A stretch of 64,000 nt of DNA from Promethearchaeia archaeon (lineage in GTDB: Archaea > Asgardarchaeota > Lokiarchaeia > Sigyniarchaeales > SOKP01): assembly GCA_029856045.1 (NCBI GenBank), contig JAHQWG010000043.1, positions 1 to 64,000 on the forward strand, written 5' to 3'. The translations under genes and the position numbers were made by a program. The notes under the pieces were generated by a model. The model was not told the origin of the DNA, ran no database searches, and saw only the letters and a list, made by a program, of their open reading frames with translations. Positions 9,493 through 19,638 of this stretch are shown here, one piece after another (positions within the stretch are counted from its first letter, which is position 1; every line of letters starts with the position of its first letter).

Positions 9493-10956
9493 ATGCCTCG
9501 TGGTGGGGGTGGTCGTGGTGGTGGCGGCCGAGGTGGAGGTGGTTTTAGAGGCGGCGGATTTCGTGGAGGTGGTGCCAGTTTTCGTAGTAGTCGTGGAGGT
9601 ACAAGTGGAAGACCTTTTGGTCGAACCGGTGCCAGTCGAACAGTAAGTAGAAGCACACGAGGTCCTTATAGACATAGATCTTATGGACGTTATGGTAGAT
9701 ATTACAGACATTGGTATTACCCTTATTATCGCCCTTGGTACCGAAGATGGTGGTATCACCCCTGGTGGTCAGGGTATTATTATCGTCCATGGTATTATTC
9801 TCCTGCATACATTGGTGGAGGTATAATTTTTATTATTATATTTGCATTAATAGCACTTCCATTTCTCGGTATTGCTATAGCATTTCCTTTTGGTAATGCA
9901 GATACATCTGGTGTTGTAAATTATCGCTCAACGGAAACATTATATTATAATGAATATTGGTATGAATATGAAAATTTAAATCAAGGAAAAGAAATCACTT
10001 TTTCCGTTCAATCATCGCCCAGTAAAATCAGTTTTGCCATTTGGGATCAACCATTTGAATCATTCCCTTTAACAACTAAGTATGGATTTTTTAGTGATCA
10101 ATTTACTGTTCAATCTGGTAACTATGAATATTATTCTTTATTTTTAAAACCTGGGTCGACAATTGATTATCAATTTAATGCAAGTAATCCAATAGAATTC
10201 TTCATAGTTGATGGCGATAATTTCAATAAATGGAATACATATGGAGCTCCTACATACTTTGAATATATTGAGAATTGCACACAAGAAGATGGAATTCTTT
10301 CAATTACTGAGAATATGGGAACTCAAGATTACTTCCTCGTTTGGTATTGTGACGATATTACTGCTGCTAATGTGGAGTTTATTGTTAATTATACCGCTAC
10401 AAATGTAATAGATCTAACTGAAGCAGACTATTATGTAGAAGCAGTCAATTTAGTTTCTGAGAGCTCAATCACAGTTCCTAATGATGGAAATTGGTACTTT
10501 TTCGTTTATTTTGACGCAATGAATTCACAAGAAGAATCCACATATATTACTTTTGATGTAAGTTATGATACAGGGGTTACTGCTATTGATAGTTGGATTG
10601 ACTTTAGACCAATATTGCTGATAATTGGTGTAATCGTCTTTATAGTTATTATAGCAGCAGTATTAGCTAGAAGAAGTCAAAAAAAACTGAAAGCTAAAGC
10701 ACCTTCAAAACCATCAGCTGAAACGCCTTATACAAAAGAAACACCTGCAACTTCCTCTACATGCATCCGCTGTGGTTCAAAACTTAAACCAAATGATCAA
10801 TTTTGTCGGAATTGCGGAGGTAAAAGAGAAGGAAGAGCAATCGGCAGTACTTCAAAAACTACACCAGCAAAATCCAAAATTTGTTCTTACTGCGGTAGTA
10901 AAATTCCAATAAAAGCCAAATTTTGCGGATTTTGTGGCACTAAAATTGGAGATTAA
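9493..10956 (+). CDS. membrane protein with N-terminal RGG/aromatic low-complexity tail, extracellular beta-sandwich domains and C-terminal double zinc ribbon
   Basis: Likely start is ATG 9493 (MPRGGGGRGGGG), 1 nt after the CBS gene stop. Two TM helices and two CxxC-x10-CxxC ribbons. Confidence 0.8.
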   Translation: MPRGGGGRGGGGRGGGGFRGGGFRGGGASFRSSRGGTSGRPFGRTGASRTVSRSTRGPYRHRSYGRYGRYYRHWYYPYYRPWYRRWWYHPWWSGYYYRPWYYSPAYIGGGIIFIIIFALIALPFLGIAIAFPFGNADTSGVVNYRSTETLYYNEYWYEYENLNQGKEITFSVQSSPSKISFAIWDQPFESFPLTTKYGFFSDQFTVQSGNYEYYSLFLKPGSTIDYQFNASNPIEFFIVDGDNFNKWNTYGAPTYFEYIENCTQEDGILSITENMGTQDYFLVWYCDDITAANVEFIVNYTATNVIDLTEADYYVEAVNLVSESSITVPNDGNWYFFVYFDAMNSQEESTYITFDVSYDTGVTAIDSWIDFRPILLIIGVIVFIVIIAAVLARRSQKKLKAKAPSKPSAETPYTKETPATSSTCIRCGSKLKPNDQFCRNCGGKREGRAIGSTSKTTPAKSKICSYCGSKIPIKAKFCGFCGTKIGD

Positions 10957-11232
10957 CTAGTTAAATGATATTTAAACTTTAATCTATAAATTTTTTTCTT
11001 TTTTTGTTTGTTTATTTTCATTTAAAGCATATATATAATTATTAAAAATTAAAGAATTTCTAAAAAATATTAAAAAAAAATTTACCTATCAAGTGGTATA
11101 AATTTTTAACAAAAATCTAGGGTATTAAGCAAGAATATAAATATATATCCTATTTTAAATCAATTAAATTTGTAAAAAACCTTAGATATTATTATTTTTA
11201 GAAATAAAAAATTTTATGGATGTAATTCTATA

Positions 11233-12240
11233 ATGGAAAATCAAGATAAGGATGACCCTGAAAAAATATATTTTGAGGACATCGTTAATCTAAAGAAAAG
11301 TGGTGGGATAACTATACCTAAAAATATTCGGGATGAATTATTTCCCGAATCAATAGAGAATATTTTTTTCAAATTATATGTCCCTAAAGAAAAAGATAAG
11401 ATAATTTTAGAAATTTTGCCTGAAGAGCAGGCTAAAAAGCTTTCTGAGGAATTAAAATTAAGGAAAAAAACCGAGCAAAAAATAATGCCGAAATCAAAAG
11501 AAGTTGGAGGAAAGAAAAAAAAAGAAAGGGTTTTAGGGCCTCAACCTGACTTTGGTCGTTATTTTGTTTATGATTTTGAAGCCCAACAAAAACTTAGAAC
11601 AATATTAGAATCTGTATTTGATAAATTTGCTGAAACACCTATTAATTTTGAAGATGCTATGGGACGAATTAAGTATGGTTTGGTCTCTTATCTTGGTTCA
11701 AACAACATTGAAAATGCGAGATTATATTTTTCGGTTATAAATTTCTTATGTGATGTAATTGAGAAATTTAACATACCGAATTTGATAGAATGGATTAATG
11801 ATAAGATTATTAATAATATAAAAAGCAAATTTCTTTACGAACAATCGTTATTAAGTTTAATCTCAACGTCAAATAAAATGCAAAAGTATGAGAAAAGCGA
11901 ATTATTTGTGAAAAAAATTTTAGATAATATTGATAGCTATTCAAAAAATGAGTTATATAACATTTTGAATTCATTTGAAAATTTAGTAAAAATAGTATAT
12001 AAAGATCGCTCCTCTCCACAAATATTTGAACTAATTAAAGAGAAGTTGTTGATTTATCTAAAAGAAATTGAAGATATTGATTATAAAATACAAATAATTG
12101 AGATGCTAGAAAATCTTAAATTTATTGAAATTGCATATGATATCGCGAAGGAAATATCAATGAGTTTACCTCCAGAATCACATAGAGTAGAAATTCTCAG
12201 AGAAATTGTAAAAAGATTACATAAAAAACCGATTATTTAA
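11233..12240 (+). CDS. AbrB/MraZ-type DNA-binding domain fused to an alpha-solenoid
   Basis: IVNLKKSGGITIPKNIRDEL is a swapped-hairpin motif. The remainder is helical. Confidence 0.6.
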   Translation: MENQDKDDPEKIYFEDIVNLKKSGGITIPKNIRDELFPESIENIFFKLYVPKEKDKIILEILPEEQAKKLSEELKLRKKTEQKIMPKSKEVGGKKKKERVLGPQPDFGRYFVYDFEAQQKLRTILESVFDKFAETPINFEDAMGRIKYGLVSYLGSNNIENARLYFSVINFLCDVIEKFNIPNLIEWINDKIINNIKSKFLYEQSLLSLISTSNKMQKYEKSELFVKKILDNIDSYSKNELYNILNSFENLVKIVYKDRSSPQIFELIKEKLLIYLKEIEDIDYKIQIIEMLENLKFIEIAYDIAKEISMSLPPESHRVEILREIVKRLHKKPII

Positions 12241-12264
12241 AATTTTTGAAATTTTATTGTAATA

Positions 12265-13296
12265 TTAATTATTTTTTTTCTTTTTTTCTACTTTATTCAG
12301 TGTCTTTTTAATTCTTTGCTTTTCTTTTTCTCTTACTTCATGTTCTTTCTCTTTAAGTTCTTCTTCTTTTAAGTCTAGCTCTGCATGGGATAATTCCTTT
12401 TCTTTTTCAACTAATTCTTTTTTCTTTTCTAGTAATTCTTCCTTTACTTCTAAACTCTTTTCTTCTAATTCAAGTTCTTTTCCTTTTAATTCGCGTTCTT
12501 TATCTGCGAGAATTTTTTCTTTTTGTTCTAATTCATCATCGACTACTTTATCCAATAAAGCTTTCTCTTTATCTTCTAATTCTTTTTCTTTAAATTCAAG
12601 TTCTTCTTTCTTAATTTCAATTTCGCGTTCTTCTAATACTTTTTCTTTTGCGGCCAGTTCTCTTTTCTCTATATCTTTTTCTTCTAAATCTTTAACAAAA
12701 GTAAGAGATTTTAATACGTTATCGCATTTTTCCTTAAAATTATCGTCTGCTAGTTTACAAGCGTCTAAAATTACTTCTTCTAAATTAGTGGGATTATTTT
12801 TTCCAATAGACTTTAATGTTTGAATTGCTTTGGTCTGAACAAATTCTTGTTCATCAGAAAGTTTTTCAAGAATTAATTTAATTAAATCTTTATCTTCGAT
12901 TTTATATACATTAGCAATGAAATTAATTAATTGAAGCATTCCTTCCTTCACATTTGGATTTTCAGATTTTAATAATTCCTTAGCGAAGGGCAAAATAATT
13001 TCATATTCCAGTTCACATATTGGTTTTAAGGCTAATACGAAAGCATATCTTAGAACATCATCTTTTATTTCTAAGTTTTTAAGCAACTTAGGGATTATTG
13101 TCCTTATAACAACAGCCCCTTTCTTTGCAATATGAGAAAGTTTTTCAATTAAAATCTCCAGACGATTAATATAATCCTTATGTTCTTCGTCTAAATATTC
13201 ATATATTGCTTCTACAGCACTTTGGAACTTTTCTTCTTTAATTAGTTCTAAAATTTTTTCCATTGCTGTTGGTGCTCCAGATATTTCGTTAGACAT
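12265..13296 (-). CDS. HEAT-repeat protein with long charged coiled coil
   Basis: HEAT units (LLKSENPNVKEG, LSDEQEFVQTKAIQTLKSIG) followed by ~140 aa of E/K/L heptads. Confidence 0.75.
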   Translation of the reverse strand: MSNEISGAPTAMEKILELIKEEKFQSAVEAIYEYLDEEHKDYINRLEILIEKLSHIAKKGAVVIRTIIPKLLKNLEIKDDVLRYAFVLALKPICELEYEIILPFAKELLKSENPNVKEGMLQLINFIANVYKIEDKDLIKLILEKLSDEQEFVQTKAIQTLKSIGKNNPTNLEEVILDACKLADDNFKEKCDNVLKSLTFVKDLEEKDIEKRELAAKEKVLEEREIEIKKEELEFKEKELEDKEKALLDKVVDDELEQKEKILADKERELKGKELELEEKSLEVKEELLEKKKELVEKEKELSHAELDLKEEELKEKEHEVREKEKQRIKKTLNKVEKKKKNN

Positions 13297-13367
13297 TTAT
13301 CACTATCTCACTTATTTTATTTAGATGAATTAAATTTATATATATTTTTTTCATTTTTTCTGCTCTT

Positions 13368-14285
13368 TTAGTTTTTTTTATATAAATGGTTAAAAAATTC
13401 AAATATATTTTGAATATTCTCATAATTTATTTGCCGTTTTCCAAAAAATTCATGATTTATGTTTGTTTTTGGTTTTACATTTAATTTTACATCAATGTTG
13501 TTTAATTCATCAAAATAGATTTGAATTTCATCAGAGATATCGCTTATCATATCAATATCTTTTAAAAATAACGACCTATTTTCATCGATATCTTCATTAA
13601 AATATTTATGTAAATCCGTTAGTTTCTCTTTAAATACTCTTAAAGAAATTAAAATTGAATCTTCTGGTGTTCTTTCAACTATTATATGAGAATAATTTGT
13701 TGCTAAAAATAAAATTAGATTTTCCAGTAAATTTATATCAGAAATTTCATCTCTTCTTAAATTACAGCAAACGTATTGTCCTTTTAAATAAGCGAGATAA
13801 ATTTTTTCATAAAATTCGATAATTAAGTAATTGTCTGTCAAAAAATATCTAAAATCATCTTTCATTTTTTTCTTGAAAGATTCTAACACATCTATGGCTT
13901 CTTCATATTTTCTAAATGATAAATTTTTAAAAAGAGATCGGTAATTTTTTGGGAAAAAAATTGCGAAGAAATCTAATAGATAGATATAGGAATCAACTGG
14001 TTTATATAAGGTTCTTTTCTTTTCTTTATCTCGAGCAATAAGATTCACCAATTGTCGATAACAAAATGTAGGAACATCATCTAATTTCGCTCCTGATTTT
14101 ATCCGCAATTTTAATAAAAATCTTCTTGAACATAAGGGGGATAAAGTACATTGAATTCTATCTTGTTGGCATTTGTTACATAAAGTATCAATATCTTTAG
14201 CGATTTTTTTTAAGAGTTCTGTGTTTTGTTTTTTAAATCCATGTTTTAAAAGGAAATCAATGATTGAGTGGGGATCAGTATTCAT
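13368..14285 (-). CDS. hypothetical protein with N-terminal Cys cluster
   Basis: CNKC-x6-C-x5-C...FC motif in a 305-aa ORF. Confidence 0.6.
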   Translation of the reverse strand: MNTDPHSIIDFLLKHGFKKQNTELLKKIAKDIDTLCNKCQQDRIQCTLSPLCSRRFLLKLRIKSGAKLDDVPTFCYRQLVNLIARDKEKKRTLYKPVDSYIYLLDFFAIFFPKNYRSLFKNLSFRKYEEAIDVLESFKKKMKDDFRYFLTDNYLIIEFYEKIYLAYLKGQYVCCNLRRDEISDINLLENLILFLATNYSHIIVERTPEDSILISLRVFKEKLTDLHKYFNEDIDENRSLFLKDIDMISDISDEIQIYFDELNNIDVKLNVKPKTNINHEFFGKRQINYENIQNIFEFFNHLYKKN

Positions 14286-14441
14286 CGTATTTTTTTAAGC
14301 CAAAATATTTCTAATTGATTTATTAAGTTATAGTAAAAATCTAATCTATTTAATTTTGATTTTTCTAAAATAAGGAACACTTATAAGAGTTATTTTTTAT
14401 TATAGATAATATAAAAAGCTGTGAATAGATGGTTTTGAGAA

Positions 14442-15866
14442 TTGCTACGGCATATTTATATTATTTTTAATAAAAATATAATTTTTAGTTATTCTTATGC
14501 ATTAGCTTTTAATAATGAGCAATTTAAAAATGTTCAAGATCTATTAAATGAGTTTATTGATTTACCAATATCAAATCAGTTTTTTCATCGTCCGTTTGGA
14601 GATTATCAATTGTTTTACATTACAAAAAATAATGTTTTCTATTTAATTATAGCCGATCTTGTTGATAAAAGCGATTATATTAAAGAAGTTTTAAATAAAA
14701 TTATTAAAAGATTTCAAAATTTATTTCCCAATTCTTTGGAGATTAAAGAAAAAAATAAAGAAAAAAATGAATTTACTGAGTTTTTGAGAAAAATTCATTA
14801 TGAACTTCATTCAAAGATCGCATTAGTAGGGCCTTATGGTTCAGGAAAAACAACAATTGCAAATCTTTTAAAATTAAATTTTGAACCCAAAATATTCATG
14901 AATTTTGCAAAATCTTATAAAATAAATATTGATAACTTATATTTTGATTTATGGGATTTCCAATTGGAAGATAATTTTTCTCCCTTATGGAATAAATTTT
15001 TAAGTGGAGCTGATTTAATTTTGCTGGTTTTTGATTCTTCAAATTATAAAATTAAAACATTGGCACATTTTATTAATCTTCAAAAAACAGATGCAAAATT
15101 TTCAAAACTTATAGTATTAGCAAATAAAAGAGATTTATCGGAAGCAAGAGAGCTCAAACAAATAGAAAATGAATTTAATTTTCCAGTATTTGGCATTTCA
15201 TTTAAAGATCCTGAAATTAAGAATAAATTGATAAATATTATTTCAAATGAATTAAAGGTAATAAAAGAATTTCCATCAGAATTTGATGATTTATTAAAAA
15301 TTGCAGAAAATGAAGTTATTAACAAAAGATATTTAGATGCACTTAATCATTTTAATCATTTAAAAGATATTTGCAATAAGTTTCAAGAATTTATACATTT
15401 ATCGACCATCGAGCAAAAAATTAGTGAAATTGAAAAATTAATCGAAAAAGAAAAAAGAGAAAAAGAAGTTGAGAAATTTAAGATTAAAGCTCCTGAAAAA
15501 ATTTCATTTTCTCAAAAAGTTTTGGTAAAGCCTCTTCCTCCTCAAGTTAAAACAACAAAAATAAAAACTTCAGAAAAAAAGCCAATTAAGGAAATTGAGA
15601 AAAAGCCAAAAAAACAATTTTTAAAACCTCAGGATATTAAAGTTAATCTAGATACTGTTAAAAAAGATTCAATTATAGAGAAATCATTTGATACGTTAGA
15701 GAGCGAATTATTTTATTTAATAAAAGAAAAACAAGGAAATTTAAGTTTAAAATTATGTAAAACTTATGTTGAGAAACTACAGAATAAATTGAAACGGTCA
15801 TTAACTTCAGTTGATCTTAATAAAGCTGCAGAAATATATTTAAAGAGAAAGGAAATCTCCAATTAA
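14442..15866 (+). CDS. longin-like domain + Arf/Ras-like small GTPase domain + helical/low-complexity tail
   Basis: G1 GPYGSGKT, G4 NKRD, degenerate G3 WDFQL. The N-terminal alpha/beta region is longin-like. Confidence 0.75.
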   Translation: MLRHIYIIFNKNIIFSYSYALAFNNEQFKNVQDLLNEFIDLPISNQFFHRPFGDYQLFYITKNNVFYLIIADLVDKSDYIKEVLNKIIKRFQNLFPNSLEIKEKNKEKNEFTEFLRKIHYELHSKIALVGPYGSGKTTIANLLKLNFEPKIFMNFAKSYKINIDNLYFDLWDFQLEDNFSPLWNKFLSGADLILLVFDSSNYKIKTLAHFINLQKTDAKFSKLIVLANKRDLSEARELKQIENEFNFPVFGISFKDPEIKNKLINIISNELKVIKEFPSEFDDLLKIAENEVINKRYLDALNHFNHLKDICNKFQEFIHLSTIEQKISEIEKLIEKEKREKEVEKFKIKAPEKISFSQKVLVKPLPPQVKTTKIKTSEKKPIKEIEKKPKKQFLKPQDIKVNLDTVKKDSIIEKSFDTLESELFYLIKEKQGNLSLKLCKTYVEKLQNKLKRSLTSVDLNKAAEIYLKRKEISN

Positions 15867-17368
15867 TGCGTAAATTGTTCAGTAGAAAAATTTAATATTT
15901 CCATAAACAAAAGATTGTTGAAAAAATAAAAGATACATAAAAATATTGAAAATATAATAATTAAGATTAGAGGAAGGTAGTCTAATTTAGTTATTGGTCT
16001 AATATCTTTATTTTTTAAATATTTTGGAGTCCCAATAAATATATCATTAAAAGTGATAGAAACCCAAATTAATATAATTATGAAATAAAAAATTAATATA
16101 GCCCAAATTGTAAAACCAATAAATGAAATATGCGGTAAATCGATTAGAGATTCTGTAAAAATATTTGAGATTAAATTTATTAAGATATTTCCCAAAGCAA
16201 ACGGAATTGTTAGTAAAATACCCCCGATTAAATAAGAGATTCCAAAAATCTTATATTTTTGCCAAAATCCACCTAAAATTTTAATATTATCATCCAAAGT
16301 CTCAAGCATTACTGGTTTTAAACTATAAAATAATAATATTTTTATTAAAATCATACAAAAAATAAAGAAAAAAACAAAATTCCCATATTCAATTTTTATT
16401 GATTCAGTTGGTAGAAATCCAATAAAAGCTGAAATTAATAAAATCATATTGAAATCAGAATTTGAAGACAATCCTAAAATCTTTTTAATTGAAAAGGAAT
16501 TTCCATCAATTGTAGTAAAAGTCTCAGTTAGTGAGTAAGTAATTGATATAATTAACCCAACAGCTGCAATGATTAAAATTATTAGTGAATTAATTCCTAA
16601 ATCATAAGTGAAGGTTAAAAGTAATTTAAATAGAATAAAATTAATTATTGGGAATGTTAAATTGGTAATTATAAATAAAGTTGTATATGTTGAATCGTGA
16701 TAATAAACCTTAAGATGAAATATTGAAAAGGGAATAATTCCGCATGGAATACCAAATCCAAATAAGAATAATAAAGAGATTAGTAGATTTAAGCCAGGAT
16801 TTAACTCAAAATTTTTAATTTCAGTTAATATAAAAGAATCAATTATAAAATAAATTAAAAATACTCCGAGAATTAAAAAAATGATGCTTAAAATTATTGA
16901 AATAAAGAAAAGTCTTAATAATTTAAACGGTTTTGAATATATTCCAAAATAAAAAATTAACCCCAGAGATATAAAAACAATTATAACAAAAATTACAATA
17001 ATTAAAATATTTGAAGTAAGCGATGCCCCTACTAAACTAAATATAATTAAAATTATTAAGGAATCATATAAATTTTCATTTAAAATGCCTGTCATTTCAT
17101 CTTTTGAAAAATATAATATGATTAAATTCAAAGCAAATATAATTTCCCATAAAAAGAAGGTTCCAACATTTAAATTGAAATTGAAATCATATATTTGGAA
17201 ATCAAATAATGAAAAAATAATAATATTTAATGTATTAGTAAATAAAATTAAAATTGAAATTAAAATTAAAATTTTCTTTCTAAAAGTTGATTTAGAACAA
17301 GAAATTGACCAAAATAATCCAATTAAAAGACAGTAAAGCGGAATAGTAGCAATTAGAATGCCAATCAT
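15863..17368 (-). CDS. divergent MrpD/NuoN-like antiporter-family membrane protein
   Basis: About 14 TM helices, with GFGIPCGIIPF, KKILGLSS and DNIKILGGF echoing the proton-conducting membrane transporter family. Confidence 0.65.
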   Translation of the reverse strand: MIGILIATIPLYCLLIGLFWSISCSKSTFRKKILILISILILFTNTLNIIIFSLFDFQIYDFNFNLNVGTFFLWEIIFALNLIILYFSKDEMTGILNENLYDSLIILIIFSLVGASLTSNILIIVIFVIIVFISLGLIFYFGIYSKPFKLLRLFFISIILSIIFLILGVFLIYFIIDSFILTEIKNFELNPGLNLLISLLFLFGFGIPCGIIPFSIFHLKVYYHDSTYTTLFIITNLTFPIINFILFKLLLTFTYDLGINSLIILIIAAVGLIISITYSLTETFTTIDGNSFSIKKILGLSSNSDFNMILLISAFIGFLPTESIKIEYGNFVFFFIFCMILIKILLFYSLKPVMLETLDDNIKILGGFWQKYKIFGISYLIGGILLTIPFALGNILINLISNIFTESLIDLPHISFIGFTIWAILIFYFIIILIWVSITFNDIFIGTPKYLKNKDIRPITKLDYLPLILIIIFSIFLCIFYFFNNLLFMEILNFSTEQFTH

Positions 17369-17383
17369 TATTTTCTCAAAATT

Positions 17384-17716
17384 TTAATCTTTTTGTTGTT
17401 TTTCTACAATGGTTGAATCCATTTTTAAATCTTCCCAGACTTCTGATTTTATTTCTGTAAATAAGAACTGTTCCTTAATGTAAAATAACCTAGGGATGAA
17501 AAAAAAGAACACAATATATATAATTAAAATAATAATACATACAAAAAATAATAATTGAATTATTGTATTTTCTATAAAGATCTCAATTCCGATAAATCCA
17601 ATTAAAATAATAAGAGAAGTAAGGATACCTTTATCTCCCTTCTCTGAAATTTTATAGCAAATAATTATTATTATTAATAACATAATTCCAAAAATCGATA
17701 AAAGTATAACAAACAA
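17384..17716 (-). CDS. small 3-TM membrane protein
   Basis: Hydrophobic 110-aa ORF directly upstream of the MrpD-like gene. Confidence 0.55.
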   Translation of the reverse strand: MFVILLSIFGIMLLIIIIICYKISEKGDKGILTSLIILIGFIGIEIFIENTIIQLLFFVCIIILIIYIVFFFFIPRLFYIKEQFLFTEIKSEVWEDLKMDSTIVEKQQKD

Positions 17717-17873
17717 ATCCGAAAATTCTGCAATATATCCTATTTATATCACTAATTTTTGGTATTTCTATTTAATTCTATATTAACAATTGTTTAATAT
17801 AAAATTTTTTTTTAAACCTTTATTTAACTTAAATTAAAACATTAAAAATTATTATATTTTAAAAGGAAAAATT

Positions 17874-19199
17874 ATGCCGAAAGTAATAATAATTGGTCAT
17901 GGAGCTCGTGAACATACGATTGCTGAAGCCTTAGTAAAAGGTGGGGCTGAATTATATGCTTTTATGAGTTTTAGAAATGCTGGCTTAGAAGAATTGAGTA
18001 AAGGGCGTGTCAAAATAGAAAAGGAAGATAGTTTCAAAGAATTAATAAATTTCATCAAACAAAATGGCATTGATTTTGCTGTAGTTGGACCAGAGGCTCC
18101 GTTAGTAGTAGGAATTGCAGATGCACTCGAGAAAGCTCAAATTCCATGCATAGGTCCAAAGATTGAAGCAGCACAATTAGAAGGTTCAAAAATATTTACA
18201 AGACAATTATTAGATAAAAATAACCTTAAATCAAATATAATGTATGAAATCTTCGTTTCTCTGGATGGGGTAGAAGCGTTTATCAAAGAGCTCGGAGTTG
18301 AGAATGTTGTTGTGAAACCTAATGGATTAACAGGCGGTAAAGGTGTAAGGGTTTATGGAGATCATCTTTTTTCAAAACAAGAAATAATTGATTATTGTCA
18401 AAAATTAGTTAAGAATGGCTCATATTTCATTATTGAAGAAAAATTAAATGGAGAAGAATTTACTTTACAGGCATTTGTTGATGGAAATAGAGTTGTGGGA
18501 AATCCTTTAGTTCAGGATTTTAAAAGAGCATATAATGACGATAAAGGACCTAACACTGGTGGAATGGGTTCTTATTCTATTGAAGACCATTCATTGCCAT
18601 TTATTGATGTGTTTGATGTAAATGAAGCAATTTCAGAAATGAATAAAGTTGTTAGTGCTGTAAAGAAAGAGACTGGAACGGAATACAAGGGATTTTTATA
18701 TGGTCAATTTATGAAAGTTAAAAAGGGAATAAAATTAGTAGAATTCAATGTTAGATTAGGAGATCCAGAAGCAATGAATGTTCTTCCAATTTTAAAAGAT
18801 AATTTTGTTGATTTGTGCTATAAGATTTTAGATGGCAATTTACCCGTTAAACTTAATTTTGAGAAAAAAGCGACTGTATGTAAATATTTAGCCCCAGAAG
18901 GTTATCCTGTAAATCCTTTAAGAGATCAGAGAATTATTATTCATAAAGAAAAAATTGAAGAAATTGGGGCAAAATTTTATTATGCTTCTGTTTATAAAAA
19001 GGATAATTCAATTTATACAACTACTTCGAGAGCGATTGGAATGTTAGGAATTTCTGATACTCTTGAAGAAGCAGAAAAAATTGCTGAAAAAGGAGTAAGT
19101 TTTATAGAAGGGAAATTATTTCATAGAAGTGACGTTGGGACTAAAAAGATTTTGCAAAAAAGAATTGATCATATGAAATTAGTTCAAAATCAGCAGTAG
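17874..19199 (+). CDS. purD: phosphoribosylamine--glycine ligase
   Basis: GHGAREH, VGPEAPL, LEGSK, GPNTGGMG, EFNVRLGDPE. Confidence 0.97.
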   Translation: MPKVIIIGHGAREHTIAEALVKGGAELYAFMSFRNAGLEELSKGRVKIEKEDSFKELINFIKQNGIDFAVVGPEAPLVVGIADALEKAQIPCIGPKIEAAQLEGSKIFTRQLLDKNNLKSNIMYEIFVSLDGVEAFIKELGVENVVVKPNGLTGGKGVRVYGDHLFSKQEIIDYCQKLVKNGSYFIIEEKLNGEEFTLQAFVDGNRVVGNPLVQDFKRAYNDDKGPNTGGMGSYSIEDHSLPFIDVFDVNEAISEMNKVVSAVKKETGTEYKGFLYGQFMKVKKGIKLVEFNVRLGDPEAMNVLPILKDNFVDLCYKILDGNLPVKLNFEKKATVCKYLAPEGYPVNPLRDQRIIIHKEKIEEIGAKFYYASVYKKDNSIYTTTSRAIGMLGISDTLEEAEKIAEKGVSFIEGKLFHRSDVGTKKILQKRIDHMKLVQNQQ

Positions 19200-19218
19200 T
19201 TATAGAGTAGAGATTAAA

Positions 19219-19572
19219 ATGAGTAAAAAAGAAGAAGAAATAATTGGAATTATTGTTAATGTTAGTGAAAGCCAATTATATAGGGATTTCAAGAGATCTC
19301 CAAAATCTGGTTATCATCATATTATGCTTCAGCAGAAAAATGGAGTAAATATTAAAGTATATTTATCTGATTTAGCAATGGGGATACAAGATTTCAATAA
19401 AAGTGTTATTTATTTTATAAATAAAAATACAGGTGAAATGGTAAAAACAGGAATCGCTAATCCTAGACGGTTTATTGGCAGTAAGGTTAGTGTAAAAGGT
19501 ATGATTGACAAATCCCAAGAGCCATATTATATGAATAGAGTTTCTGAGTTCGTTTTACTTGATAGAGATTAA
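19219..19572 (+). CDS. hypothetical protein, possible OB fold
   Basis: Beta-rich pattern IIGIIVNV...GSKVSVKG. Co-oriented 19 nt after purD. Confidence 0.55.
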   Translation: MSKKEEEIIGIIVNVSESQLYRDFKRSPKSGYHHIMLQQKNGVNIKVYLSDLAMGIQDFNKSVIYFINKNTGEMVKTGIANPRRFIGSKVSVKGMIDKSQEPYYMNRVSEFVLLDRD

Positions 19573-19638
19573 AAATTTTTATTGAAATATCAATTTAATG
19601 GTTTTTAAAATATCTTGTTTAATGGTTTAAAATTATGA

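Noticed and set aside
9408-9896. Pro-rich and Thr-rich ORFs overlapping the RGG region, and the 9430 start
   Set aside because: These are shadow frames of the GC-rich RGG codons. The 9430 start overlaps the CBS gene, whereas ATG 9493 follows its stop.
12290-12700. Apparent tandem DNA repeats (ttcttt/ttctaa)
   Set aside because: Explained by E/K/L coiled-coil codons, not an independent repeat element.
19594-19628. Direct repeat TTTAATGGTTT x2
   Set aside because: Two short copies between convergent genes in terminator-like sequence, with no supporting context.
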